Source: Treponemataceae bacterium (lineage in GTDB: Bacteria; Spirochaetota; Spirochaetia; Treponematales; Rectinemataceae). Taken from it: DNA of 64,000 nucleotides. Below, piece by piece: positions 20,066 through 29,767 of the stretch. Under the pieces are notes generated by a model that saw nothing but the letters and a program-made list of their open reading frames with translations, was not told the DNA's origin and searched no databases. The stretch covers positions 2,176,001-2,240,000 of the forward strand of contig CAXXHO010000003.1 of NCBI GenBank assembly GCA_963667725.2. The letters are read 5' to 3'. Within the stretch, counting starts at the first letter, position 1. The number at the start of each line of letters is the position of its first letter. The position numbers and the translations under genes were made by a program.

Positions 20066-20071
20066 TTAGGC
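20016..20071 (+). other. attC recombination site (56 bp)
   Basis: R'' TTCTAAC, spacer AATCG, L'' CTTCAACC (one extra base), loop, L' GGTTAAG, spacer CCAAT, R' GTTAGGC. Confidence 0.85.
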
Positions 20072-20243
20072 ATGTGAGCTTGATTACAGGCCAATGGCAG
20101 ATATTTGTCATGGCCCAGTTTGAAGACACGGAACATATGCACAGTTTTTATCGGATAAATTGATATCAGTTCCCGGCATTATGGAGTTCGAGGTCGTTTA
20201 CCTGGTGAAGACTCTGAAATTTTCCATGAGCTTCTTTGACTAG
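20065..20243 (+). pseudogene. C-terminal fragment of an Lrp/AsnC-family regulator, frameshifted
   Basis: Hand translation VRHVSLITGQWQIFVMAQFEDTEHMHSF / SDKLISVPGIMEFEVVYLVKTLKFSMSFFD*, frameshift in T run near 20145-20149; no start or HTH part. Confidence 0.55.
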
Positions 20244-20265
20244 GTACAAAAGCATATTGCAGCCA

Positions 20266-20310
20266 TAAACCCTATGGGGTATATTCTTGATATATACCTT
20301 ATGGGGGATA
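20266..20310. promoter_or_regulatory. Two HipB-operator-like sites
   Basis: TAAAC-N8-GTATA (20266) and TATAC-N8-GGATA (20293) resemble TATCC-N8-GGATA; 27 bp apart. Confidence 0.6.
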
Positions 20311-20311
20311 T

Positions 20312-20563
20312 ATGGAGAACTTCGTCTTCACGCCGCAACAGCTTGCACATACCTTGAGAAGCCGGCGAAAGGCACTCAATCTCACGCAGAAAGAAGTTGC
20401 CGGGCTTGTTGGGCTACTGCCAAAAACCATCTCCGCTCTCGAGACAGAACCTGACCGATGTTCCGTGAAAAGCCTTCGACACCTACTCGCCGCGTTAAGA
20501 CTTGAGCTTGTGCTAAATCCCAAAAGCGATGGCGAAGCGACAAAAAGCTCGGCGGAATGGTGA
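20312..20563 (+). CDS. hipB: HipB-like XRE-family antitoxin/regulator
   Basis: TPQQLAHTLRSRRKALNLTQKEVA...KTISALE; acidic tail ending in Trp (SAEW). Confidence 0.75.
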   Translation: MENFVFTPQQLAHTLRSRRKALNLTQKEVAGLVGLLPKTISALETEPDRCSVKSLRHLLAALRLELVLNPKSDGEATKSSAEW

Positions 20564-21288
20564 AGAAGATTATTAAGTCATCCTATATCGACGTCGCGGG
20601 CATCCAGGTCGAGGTGGTCCGTAAGGTGATAAGACAGCTGCGTATCACCGTCTACCCGCCGGATGGCAGGGTTCGTTTGGCCGTTCCCTTTTGGGTGGGC
20701 GCAGAGGCTGTCAAGCTCGCGGTGGTCGAGCGCCTCGCGTGGATCAGGAGTCACCAGGAGAAGTTCGTGGGCCAGGTTCGCCCACCGGAACGCGAGATGG
20801 CGGAGGGCGAGACGCATTGGTTTCAAGGGAAAAGATACAGCCTCGCGATCCGGGAAGTCGCGGGACGCGAAAGCGTCGCTTTAAAAGGGCTCGATACGAT
20901 GGAGCTGGCCCTTCGCGCCGGATCGGAGGTCGGGCATCGGCGAGACCTCCTCGACCGCTGGTACCGCAAGCAGCTGAAGCTTGAGATAGCCCCTTTGATC
21001 GCGAAGTGGGAGCCTGCGCTCGGCGTGAAAGCCGCTTCCTGGGGCGTACGGAAGATGAAGACCCGATGGGGCAGCTGCAACGTCAAAGCCAGGCGCCTCT
21101 GGTGCAACCTGGAACTCGCGAAAAAACCGCCCGAATGCCTCGAGTATGTCGTCGTCCACGAGCTCGTGCATCTGCTGGAACGGCGCCACGATGCGCGATT
21201 CAAGGCGCTCATGACGCTCCATCTTCCTCAATGGAAGCAAATCAAGAAACGATTGAACGCGGCCCCTCTCGCTGATGGGTCGCGCTAG
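20557..21288 (+). CDS. YgjP/DUF45 (SprT-like, M48-annotated) zinc metallohydrolase
   Basis: MKTRWGSCN, EYVVVHELVHL. Confidence 0.9.
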   Translation: MVKKIIKSSYIDVAGIQVEVVRKVIRQLRITVYPPDGRVRLAVPFWVGAEAVKLAVVERLAWIRSHQEKFVGQVRPPEREMAEGETHWFQGKRYSLAIREVAGRESVALKGLDTMELALRAGSEVGHRRDLLDRWYRKQLKLEIAPLIAKWEPALGVKAASWGVRKMKTRWGSCNVKARRLWCNLELAKKPPECLEYVVVHELVHLLERRHDARFKALMTLHLPQWKQIKKRLNAAPLADGSR

Positions 21289-21410
21289 CTTCTAATCCTG
21301 GAACATCAAGAAGTTTTTGGTTTGGCACCCGCAAAAAAATGTGCTTGACAATCGGGGGAGCGCGGGCAAAGATTTCTGGAATTCTTAACGATGAAAACAC
21401 GTGGGGCGTG

Positions 21411-23093
21411 ATGATGATGCAACGATCAAGGTTTTTAGTCCGTGGAACACTGCTGTTGATGATAGGCTTTCTTCTGGCGAGCGCGAGCAACGCTGATGAA
21501 GCGTCCAACCTGCTGGCTGTCTATGAAAACCAGGTTCCGGCATGGGAAGCCTGCGACCCTGGCACCTTGAGCGACGACTACAAAGGGCTGCTGACCATGT
21601 TCGGCGAGAGGGCGAGCCGAGCCACCATAAAGGTTCCGCTCAACTACGCCGATCCCGAGCGCGGCGACATCGAAGTCGCCCTTCTCAAGGTGGCGGCGGG
21701 GGATCCACAGCGGCGCCGAGGCGCCATCCTCATCAACCCGGGCGGGCCGGGAGAGGATGGTCTGCCTTACAGCCTGCTGTTCGGCTATCTATGGGGAGAG
21801 GCCAACCCCGCCACGGACAGCGAATCCGGCAAGCTTTTCAGGGAGATCGCGCAATGCTACGACCTGGTCGGCTTCTCGCCGCGGGGAACCGGCTCCAGCA
21901 CGCGATTGCGCTGTACGTCAGACGAAAAACTGATGCCCGCCGGCATCCTCGTCGCCGACAAGGGCGCGGAAAACGCGCGAAACAACCTGCTCAACGCCCG
22001 CCTGAGAGCGGAGGCCTGCCTGAGCAATCCGTTGACGCCCTATATCAACTCCGACGCCACCGCCCGCGACATGGATATCATACGGTGCGCGCTAGGCGAC
22101 GACAAACTGAACTATCTGGGCATCTCGTACGGGACATGGCTCGGCACCTGGTACGCTGGCCTCTTTCCCGAGCGGGTCGGGCGCATGGTGATGATCGGCA
22201 ACACCGATATAACCGCGAAGCTCAACGATACGCTGTTGCCGCAGGAAATGGCGATGCAGAGGGTGATGGACGAGATTCTGGCCCCCTACGCCGCCGAAAA
22301 TCCGGAAGTCTTCAAGCTCGGCGGCTCCGCCGAGGAAGTGCGTCAGGCCTTCCGTTCGCTGCGGGGGAATCTGCTCGATGTGACATCGGCCCTCCTGCAC
22401 GAGACCATCGCCCAATCCGTCAACGCACACGTCACGTTGTTCACCTTTTATGCCGCGAAGACCGTGCAAGGCTTGCTCGGCGCCTATTCGCCCGAAACGG
22501 AGGAATCGCTCAACACCCTGCTCGAGAAGAATGAATGGGGAGTCCCTCCGGACTTCCGCGATCTGGTGCTTGATAGGGCCAAGACGATCGGCAAGGATTA
22601 TTTCCAAAAGCTGCGGATGGAGACCGGCACCGTCGACATGGATTCATTCGACGCCGTTGGCTGGGCCGTGCAATGCAACGACGCGGGAACCTCGTACGAC
22701 GCCGACGCCTGGGTTCAGGCAAGCGCTTTCAACGCCGAACTCTACCCCCTTTTCGGCGGCTCAGGCATCGAGAATCCCTGCCTGTACTGGGGCGGTCAAA
22801 GGGTACAGCGGCCGCCCGTCGATACCACAGCCCGCGCCGGGGGCTTCGTCATGCTGCAGTCGGAGTTCGATCCCTATACGATCCTGGAAGGGGCATTGAA
22901 AACATTCGCGGCTCTGCCCAACGCCAGCCTGATCGTCGTGAAACGCGAATTCCAGCATTTCGTCCTCCTGCCCTACGGGGACGACAACGTCGATAGGCCG
23001 ATCGCCGAATATCTGCTTTATGGCATCCAGCCGCCGCGCCTGACCGTCTGCGAGGGGAAGCCACTGCCGACTTTCGAGGTACGGAAACCCTGA
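21411..23093 (+). CDS. Secreted TAP-like alpha/beta-hydrolase peptidase
   Basis: Signal peptide, INPGGPG, PRGTG, ARDMD, GISYGT nucleophile elbow. Confidence 0.85.
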   Translation: MMMQRSRFLVRGTLLLMIGFLLASASNADEASNLLAVYENQVPAWEACDPGTLSDDYKGLLTMFGERASRATIKVPLNYADPERGDIEVALLKVAAGDPQRRRGAILINPGGPGEDGLPYSLLFGYLWGEANPATDSESGKLFREIAQCYDLVGFSPRGTGSSTRLRCTSDEKLMPAGILVADKGAENARNNLLNARLRAEACLSNPLTPYINSDATARDMDIIRCALGDDKLNYLGISYGTWLGTWYAGLFPERVGRMVMIGNTDITAKLNDTLLPQEMAMQRVMDEILAPYAAENPEVFKLGGSAEEVRQAFRSLRGNLLDVTSALLHETIAQSVNAHVTLFTFYAAKTVQGLLGAYSPETEESLNTLLEKNEWGVPPDFRDLVLDRAKTIGKDYFQKLRMETGTVDMDSFDAVGWAVQCNDAGTSYDADAWVQASAFNAELYPLFGGSGIENPCLYWGGQRVQRPPVDTTARAGGFVMLQSEFDPYTILEGALKTFAALPNASLIVVKREFQHFVLLPYGDDNVDRPIAEYLLYGIQPPRLTVCEGKPLPTFEVRKP

Positions 23094-23109
23094 TTCCGAA
23101 GTCAAACCT

Positions 23110-24339
23110 TCAGGCTATGGCTGCGGCCACGATGCGCGCCGCCGCGGCGATATCCTCGGACCTGCTGAACTCGGCCGGGTTGTGGCTTATCCCGTCCTTG
23201 CTTGCCACGAAGAGCATGGCCGTGGGCAGGAAGGGGGCGATGATGGCGCTGTCGTGCAAAGCCCCGCTCGAGGCGTCGGGGAGGAGAATCCCCAATTCGG
23301 CTCCAGCCTTGCGCAGGCGATCGCAGAGATCGGGGTCGAAGGGCAAGGCCGGCAGGTTCTCGAAACATTCGATCCGGGTTTGAAGGCCCCGCTTTTCCCC
23401 GATGGAGGAGAGGAGCTGTCGGATCGAGCCGTCGCCCGAGGCGAGGGCTTCATTGGAAGGCGAGCGGAAGTCGAGCATGAAGTCAGCCCTCCCAGGGACG
23501 ACGTTCACCGCGTTGGGCGACACGGTCAAGGCTCCTGTCGTCAGGGTCGATCCGGGGTGGACGCGGTCTATTTCCCTTCCCAGAGCCTCAAGGCCGAGAA
23601 TGAGCTCGGCGGCTCCCGCGAGGGCGTCGAATCGGTCCGACATGGCTGTCGAGCCCGCGTGGTTGGCAACTCCCTGAAATTGCCCCGAGTACTGTCTCCT
23701 CCCGTTGACCGTGGTGACCACGGCGAGGGGCAAGCCTTTTTTCCACAAGCCCAAGCCCTGCTCAACATGCACTTCGAGGAGGCCTTTATAGCGGCCTAAG
23801 GGAAAGCCGAAGCTCCCGGCGCGGATCATGTCAGGCGCGACGCCCAAATCCTTTCCGGCGGTCACAATATCGATTCCGGCGCGATTCTTCAGTTTTCTGA
23901 TTTGTTCTATCTCTATCGTTCCCGCCCAGGCACGGCTTCCCAGCATGGCGATGCCGAAGGTGGTACCCTCTTCCTCGGCGAAAATCACGAGCTCCAGGGC
24001 GGCCTTGGGCCTTGTCCTCAGGAGTTCGAGGGCCACGACCACGCCGACAACCCCGTCGAATTTCCCGCCGCTCGGCACCGTGTCGATGTGCGATCCGCAG
24101 AGCCAGGCGGGCTCATCCCAGGAGAGGGCTGAAGGACGCGCGTGGACGTTTCCGATAGGGTCAGTCCTCACCGAACAGCCCAGTTTCCGGGCTTCCTCGA
24201 TGACGTAATCGCGAGCCGCCTTCCATGAAGGGGAAAACGTGGGGCGGTCGTATCCGGCGGCGGGGTCGGATTCGTTCCATTCTGCTATGGTTTCGATATC
24301 GCGCATCAGCCTTATTTCGGAGATTTCGGTGTTCCGCAT
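23110..24339 (-). CDS. M20 Zn-dependent amidohydrolase (allantoate amidohydrolase / N-carbamoyl-L-amino-acid hydrolase family)
   Basis: GSHIDTVPSGGKFDG, FAEEEG, EVHVEQG, NHAGST, SGALHDS, GISHNPAE. Confidence 0.9.
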   Translation of the reverse strand: MRNTEISEIRLMRDIETIAEWNESDPAAGYDRPTFSPSWKAARDYVIEEARKLGCSVRTDPIGNVHARPSALSWDEPAWLCGSHIDTVPSGGKFDGVVGVVVALELLRTRPKAALELVIFAEEEGTTFGIAMLGSRAWAGTIEIEQIRKLKNRAGIDIVTAGKDLGVAPDMIRAGSFGFPLGRYKGLLEVHVEQGLGLWKKGLPLAVVTTVNGRRQYSGQFQGVANHAGSTAMSDRFDALAGAAELILGLEALGREIDRVHPGSTLTTGALTVSPNAVNVVPGRADFMLDFRSPSNEALASGDGSIRQLLSSIGEKRGLQTRIECFENLPALPFDPDLCDRLRKAGAELGILLPDASSGALHDSAIIAPFLPTAMLFVASKDGISHNPAEFSRSEDIAAAARIVAAAIA

Positions 24340-24395
24340 GGGTGGAGAGTATACAGCGGAGGCTGGGGGAAGGCGAGCCACTTCATGGGGCTGGT

Positions 24396-24546
24396 TTCTG
24401 CATAAATATTCTTATTGACAGAGCTTTTCCATTGGCGATATTGTCAGTGCAATAAAAATATTTGGACTGCTCTAAACCAGGATCGCGGAGAATCCTCTCC
24501 GAAACCGGTTTACCATTCATATTCTGCATTTATATGCAGCAGGAGG
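24396..24546 (+). promoter_or_regulatory. Promoter/leader of purine operon with repeated motif and hairpins
   Basis: TTGACA at 24415; TTCTGCATAAATAT (24396) and TTCTGCATTTATAT (24522); nested stem 24473-24512; AGGAGG at 24541. Confidence 0.5.
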
Positions 24547-24552
24547 TGTCGA

Positions 24553-26085
24553 ATGCTTCGTCGCGGCGGTACAAGTTTTCGTCTAGTCATCATGGCGGCT
24601 ATCGTGGCAATGCTCTTCGGATCCACTGCCAGCCTCTTCGCGCAGGCAGGGAGCGAGAAGGATCCCCTCGTCGTCATACAGTCCGCTGAGCCCACGGGGC
24701 TGGATCCCGTGACGAACCGGACCGTTCCCGCGTACAACGTGACCCTCAACATCTTCGATTCGCTTCTTCTGAAAACCCCCGACGGACAGGTAGTGCCGGC
24801 CCTCGCCGAGAGCTATGTCCGCGAAAGCGACACCTCATGGCTATTCAAACTCAGGCCAGGCGTCGTATTCCACAACGGCGAAGCCCTGACCGCCGACGCG
24901 GTCAAATACACGGTCGACAAGATCTTCGACCCCGCGAGCAAATCCACCAGGGCCAACGACCTCAACTGGATCGGCCAGGTGAACGTCATCGACAAGCTCA
25001 CGGTGCGCATCATCGGCAAGCGCCCCTTCCCCCTCGCCGACCACTACTTCTCCGAACTCCAGATCGTGCCTCCCCTCTACAGGGAAAAAGTCGGAGCCCA
25101 GAAGTTCAACGAAGAACCCGTCGGCACCGGTCCCTATCAGTTCGTCCGCTGGGACAGGGGCAACAGGATCGTGCTCAGGCGGAACGACAATTACTGGAAG
25201 ACCCCGGCTCCGGCTCAGTTCGTCGAGTTCCAGACCGTGAGCTCGGCGGCCTCCAGAGTCGCCACTCTCCTGGGCGGCAAGGCCGACCTCATCGTCGATC
25301 CTCCCGTCTCCGCGAAGAGCCAGATCGACGCCAATCCCAAGGCCAGCTTCGCCTCCGTTACCGGAACCCGCGTTCTCCTCATCGGCCTGGACACCGTCCA
25401 GGACTCACCGCTCAAGGACGTACGCGTCAGGCAGGCCCTCAACTACGCGGTGGACAAGAAGACGATCATCAGCAGGCTCATTGGCCCCGCAAGCGAGGAA
25501 ACCGCGACCCTGCTCACCTCCCGCGACTTCGGCTTCTCCCCTGACGTGAAGCCCTATCCCTACGATCCCAAGAAAGCCCGCCAGCTCCTCGCCGACGCCG
25601 GTTACCCGAACGGGTTCAGCATCAAGATGGACGCCACGAGCGGACGCTACATCAACGACAGCGCCGTGGTGCAGGCCATAGCGGGCTACCTCGGCGAAGT
25701 CGGGGTCAAGGCAGAGATCAACACCATGGAATTCGGGGCCTTCAACGGAGCCCTCTTCTCCCACAAGACATCGCCGATGTATTTCGTCGGCTGGGGCAAC
25801 CCGGTATTCGACGCCTCCTATGTCTTCAACTTCATCACCAAGTCAGGCAGCCTCTTAAGGACCATCGAGGATCCCGCCATCGACAAGCTGTTGACCGGAG
25901 CGAACGAGACGGTGGACAAGGCCCTGCGCAAGAGCCTGTACGCCAAGGCGGGAGCCCTGATCTACGAAGCCGCCCCGGCGATCTTCCTCTACAAGCAGCC
26001 CGTGCTCTATGGACTATCGAGCCGCATGGACTGGAAGCCGCGATCGGACGAATTCCTCTATATATACGATGCCAAACTTCGCTGA
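24553..26085 (+). CDS. Family-5 (Dpp/Opp/Nik-type) ABC substrate-binding protein
   Basis: FKLRPGVVFHNGE, PVGTGPY, VRVRQALNYAVD, YDPKKARQLL. Confidence 0.9.
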   Translation: MLRRGGTSFRLVIMAAIVAMLFGSTASLFAQAGSEKDPLVVIQSAEPTGLDPVTNRTVPAYNVTLNIFDSLLLKTPDGQVVPALAESYVRESDTSWLFKLRPGVVFHNGEALTADAVKYTVDKIFDPASKSTRANDLNWIGQVNVIDKLTVRIIGKRPFPLADHYFSELQIVPPLYREKVGAQKFNEEPVGTGPYQFVRWDRGNRIVLRRNDNYWKTPAPAQFVEFQTVSSAASRVATLLGGKADLIVDPPVSAKSQIDANPKASFASVTGTRVLLIGLDTVQDSPLKDVRVRQALNYAVDKKTIISRLIGPASEETATLLTSRDFGFSPDVKPYPYDPKKARQLLADAGYPNGFSIKMDATSGRYINDSAVVQAIAGYLGEVGVKAEINTMEFGAFNGALFSHKTSPMYFVGWGNPVFDASYVFNFITKSGSLLRTIEDPAIDKLLTGANETVDKALRKSLYAKAGALIYEAAPAIFLYKQPVLYGLSSRMDWKPRSDEFLYIYDAKLR

Positions 26086-26125
26086 GTGCGCCGGGTGCGG
26101 CGGGAACGCTGGAGCCGGTTCAGCG

Positions 26126-27943
26126 ATGTACAAGGGTTTTTTCCCCGATGACGGCGAGCGCTTCGCGACGGGTCGGGCGGCTCTAGGAATAGAGCCGCCC
26201 GACCTGATCCTCCGAGGAGGCAGGTATCTCAATGTCTTCACGGGGGAAACGCTCGCCGGCGATATATGGATCAAGGGACGCCTCATCGCCAGGATCACCG
26301 AGGAGCCCTGCCTTTTCGAAACGAGGGTGATCGATGTCGGCGGCAAGTTCCTCGCGCCAGGTTTCGTCGAAGGTCACATCCATGTCGAAAGTTCCCTTGC
26401 CGATCCTCCGCATTTCGCCGAGGCGGCGCTCCGATGCGGGGTCACCTCGGTCTTCACCGACTTCCACGAGGTCGGCGCGATAGCGGGTGAGCCGGGCCTG
26501 AGGGAAATGCTCGAGACCCTGCGCGGCACCGACCTGAAAGTCCTCTTCATGACCCCGATGGAGCTTCCCTTCCTTCCCGAGGTCCAGCACACCTTGAGCA
26601 CCCTCACCCAGGTCGAAGCCCTCACGCTGCTGCGGGAGGCCGATACGGTGGGGCTCGCGGAAGTCAACGGCCAGGAGATCGTGAAGTTTCTCGCGGAGGG
26701 AAGGCCCAGCGATTTGTCCCTTCTCACCCACGCGGTGAAGAACAGGCGGACGCCGGAAGGTCATCTTTTCCATATTCGCGGCGCCGAGCTCGACGCCTGC
26801 CTCGCGGCGGGCCTGAGCTCTGATCACGAGCCGCGCAGGCAGGACGAGGTGGCCGAAAAGATCCGGAAAGGGGTCTTCGTCATGCTCCGGAACGGCACGA
26901 TAGCCCGCGAGGTGGAGAGCCTCGTCGAGGTCCTGCCGCGCGAAGGCCTGCCCACCGCCCGGGTGGGGCTCGTGACCGACGACATGCTGATCACCCACAT
27001 GAAGCCTGAAAGCTACATGCTGAAGAAGGTGCGGCTCGCGATCAAGGCAGGAATATCAGTGCCGGACGCGCTGCGCATGGTCTCAAGCAACGTGGCGGAA
27101 CACTACCGGCTAGGAGAGCTCATCGGCGCCCTGCGCCCCGGCGCCTACGCCGACATCCTCGTCTTCGATTCCCCGGAATCCCTGAAGCTCGAAGGCACCT
27201 TCGCCTCGGGCAAGCCTATTGACGGCTACGAGAGCCCAAGCCCCCGGCCGGAAGCCCAAGCTTCCAGGCACGCTTACTCCCCGCGGCTGACGCGTACCAT
27301 CCTCCGTTCCCCGATCACCGAGGCCGATCTCCGTTTCCTGCCTGAAGCCTACGGCGGCGATACTACCCTCATCAGGGCGATAGAACTGGAAGAGGCCACC
27401 CGCTTTACCCGCCTCGTCGAGACGAGGGTGCCGGTGCGCGGGGGCGACGTCGATCTTCCCGGTTCGGACGAAAACCTTTCCTATCTCATCTGCGCCAACA
27501 GGCGGCATGAGGAACTCCTCGGAAAGGGTTTCCTGCGCAACTACGGACTGCGCGAAGGCGGAATAGCCGTCAGCCAGGCCCACGATCACCACAGCATCAT
27601 CGCCCTCGGCAGACGGAAGGCCGACATTATCCTGGCGGCCAATCGCGTGATCGAGCTGCAGGGAGGCCTCGTCCTCGTGGAGAAAGGCCGGGTGATCGCC
27701 GAGCTTCCGCTCCCCGTGGCGGGGCTCATGTCAGACCTACCCCTCGAAGAAACCGTGGCCCGGATCGAGGACCTGGAACAAAGGCTGCGCTCAGGCGGAG
27801 CCACCTGGAACCAGCCGCTCTTCTTCCTTTTCTGGCTGGGAATGGAGGTCGCGCCCTTTTTCCGCATCACGGACCGCGGGCTTTTCGACACCGAGAAAGG
27901 CAGGCTGATATCCTGCTTCCCCGAGGCGGTCGACCGTGTTTAG
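26126..27943 (+). CDS. Adenine deaminase family amidohydrolase (divergent)
   Basis: PGFVEGHIHVESS, DFHE, SSDHE, VTDD, AHDHH, LPVAGLMS. Confidence 0.82.
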   Translation: MYKGFFPDDGERFATGRAALGIEPPDLILRGGRYLNVFTGETLAGDIWIKGRLIARITEEPCLFETRVIDVGGKFLAPGFVEGHIHVESSLADPPHFAEAALRCGVTSVFTDFHEVGAIAGEPGLREMLETLRGTDLKVLFMTPMELPFLPEVQHTLSTLTQVEALTLLREADTVGLAEVNGQEIVKFLAEGRPSDLSLLTHAVKNRRTPEGHLFHIRGAELDACLAAGLSSDHEPRRQDEVAEKIRKGVFVMLRNGTIAREVESLVEVLPREGLPTARVGLVTDDMLITHMKPESYMLKKVRLAIKAGISVPDALRMVSSNVAEHYRLGELIGALRPGAYADILVFDSPESLKLEGTFASGKPIDGYESPSPRPEAQASRHAYSPRLTRTILRSPITEADLRFLPEAYGGDTTLIRAIELEEATRFTRLVETRVPVRGGDVDLPGSDENLSYLICANRRHEELLGKGFLRNYGLREGGIAVSQAHDHHSIIALGRRKADIILAANRVIELQGGLVLVEKGRVIAELPLPVAGLMSDLPLEETVARIEDLEQRLRSGGATWNQPLFFLFWLGMEVAPFFRITDRGLFDTEKGRLISCFPEAVDRV

Positions 27944-28856
27944 ATTCGTACTGCGCCGGGTCATGGAGAGCGTCATCACCATCCTCGTCATCGTGTCGGT
28001 GGTATTCCTCGTTTTGAACCTCTCGGGCGATCCTATCAGGATGATGGCTTCGCCGACGGCATCAGAAGCAGAAGTGGCCGAGCTGCGGGCGGCCTTCGGT
28101 TTCGACAAGCCGCTTGTCCTGCGATACGGGGATTTTCTCTCGCAAGTATCGCGCCTGAGGTTCGGCGACTCGATCAACACCAGGCAGCCGGCCTTGAAGA
28201 TGGTGCTGCAGCGGCTGCCGGCGACCCTCCTCCTCGCCTTCACCGCCCTAGCGCTTGCCACGGTCTTCGGCATCCCCTTGGGCATGCTGGCCGCCGTGAA
28301 GCGCGGAAAGGCCGCGGATACGGCAGCCGTGCTGGTGAGCATGGTGGGACAATCGATGCCCGTGTTCTGGATAGCCCTCCTCCTCATCTTCGTCTTCGGC
28401 GTGATGATCCCAATTTTACCGCCATCCGGCTACGGCACCCTCGCCCATCTCGTCCTCCCCAGCATATCCATCGCCATCTTCCTCCTGGCGGGCATCGTCA
28501 GGGTGACGAGGGCGAGCATGCTGGAAGTCCTCCAGCAGCCCTTCGTGACGGTGGTCAGGTCGAAAGGGCTCAACGAGCGCCTCGTGCTGTTCAAGCATGT
28601 CCTCAGGAACGCCTCCATCCCAGTGCTGACCCAGCTGACCCTGCAGATGCGCTTCGTCATCGGCGGATCGGTCGTCGTGGAATCCGTCTTCGGCTGGCCC
28701 GGCGTCGGGCAGCTGCTGGCCCAGGCCGCCTACGGGCGCGACTATCCCGTCGTCATCGCCGCCACCTTCTTTATCGCTCTCTTCATCCTGGCCTTCAGCA
28801 TGGTTCTCGACCTGGCCTATGGCATCGTCGATCCGCGGGTACGAATATGGAAATAA
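27936..28856 (+). CDS. DppB-like ABC permease
   Basis: PVFW, RSKGL, KHVLRNA, ESVFGWPGVG, DPRVR. Confidence 0.9.
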   Translation: MFRFVLRRVMESVITILVIVSVVFLVLNLSGDPIRMMASPTASEAEVAELRAAFGFDKPLVLRYGDFLSQVSRLRFGDSINTRQPALKMVLQRLPATLLLAFTALALATVFGIPLGMLAAVKRGKAADTAAVLVSMVGQSMPVFWIALLLIFVFGVMIPILPPSGYGTLAHLVLPSISIAIFLLAGIVRVTRASMLEVLQQPFVTVVRSKGLNERLVLFKHVLRNASIPVLTQLTLQMRFVIGGSVVVESVFGWPGVGQLLAQAAYGRDYPVVIAATFFIALFILAFSMVLDLAYGIVDPRVRIWK

Positions 28857-29767
28857 TGGAAGTTCAGGCGGAAGTTCGGGCGGAAGCCCCTCCCCTGAGG
28901 CGGCGGTACTTCGCGACCCTCCTGCGGCACCCCCTCGCGCTCGCCGCCCACGTGGTGCTGGCCCTGGCCGTCATCGCGGCGGTTTTCGCCTCGGTCTACC
29001 CCGTAGATCCTCTCAAGCAGAACCTTATGAGTTCCCTCATGCCGCCGAGCCTGAAGGTCGACAGTTTCCCCGGAAGCCAGGCCACTATGCCCGCCCTCAT
29101 GGGGACCGACGCCCTGGGACGGGACCTTGCCTCCCGCGTCATACTGGCCATCCGCATCTCGCTCGCGGTATCCGGCCTGGCCGTCGTCATCGCCACGGTG
29201 GTGGGCGTCTGCCTGGGCCTTGTCGCGGGATATTCAGGCGGCCTGGTGGACAGCGTCATCATGCGGATAGTAGACGCCCTCCTCTCCCTGCCCTTCGTCG
29301 TGCTGGCGATAGCGGTGGTGGCGGCCATAGGTCCAGGCCTCACCAACGTGGCCCTCGTGCTCGGCCTCACCGGCTGGGTGACCTTCGCCAAGCTGGTGCG
29401 GGGCGAGGTGCTCAGGATCAAGGAATACAGTTTCGTAGAGGCCGCGCATGCCACAGGCTGCAGCGGAACGCGGATACTTTTCCGCCATATACTCCCCCAG
29501 ACCAGCGGGATCATTCTCGTCAACGCGACCCTCACCCTGGGGCAGATGATCATCTCCGAGGCGACGCTCAGTTTTCTCGGGCTTGGCGTTCCGCCGCCCA
29601 CGCCCACCCTCGGCGGGATTCTGAGCGACGCTCAGCAGACCTTTTTCGCCGCCTGGTGGATCGTGGTCTTCCCCGGTCTCGCCCTCATGGCGATCATCCT
29701 GGCGATCAACATCGCGGGGGATTTCCTGCGCGACTTTTACGACCCGAGCGGCGAGGGCGCGCGATGA
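28847..29767 (+). CDS. DppC-like ABC permease
   Basis: GTDALGRD, FVEAA, RHILP, EATLSFLGLG. Confidence 0.9.
   Translation: MEIMEVQAEVRAEAPPLRRRYFATLLRHPLALAAHVVLALAVIAAVFASVYPVDPLKQNLMSSLMPPSLKVDSFPGSQATMPALMGTDALGRDLASRVILAIRISLAVSGLAVVIATVVGVCLGLVAGYSGGLVDSVIMRIVDALLSLPFVVLAIAVVAAIGPGLTNVALVLGLTGWVTFAKLVRGEVLRIKEYSFVEAAHATGCSGTRILFRHILPQTSGIILVNATLTLGQMIISEATLSFLGLGVPPPTPTLGGILSDAQQTFFAAWWIVVFPGLALMAIILAINIAGDFLRDFYDPSGEGAR

Noticed and set aside
24446..24552. Classical purine riboswitch
   Set aside because: Conserved purine-aptamer core not found; kept only as an unassigned structured leader
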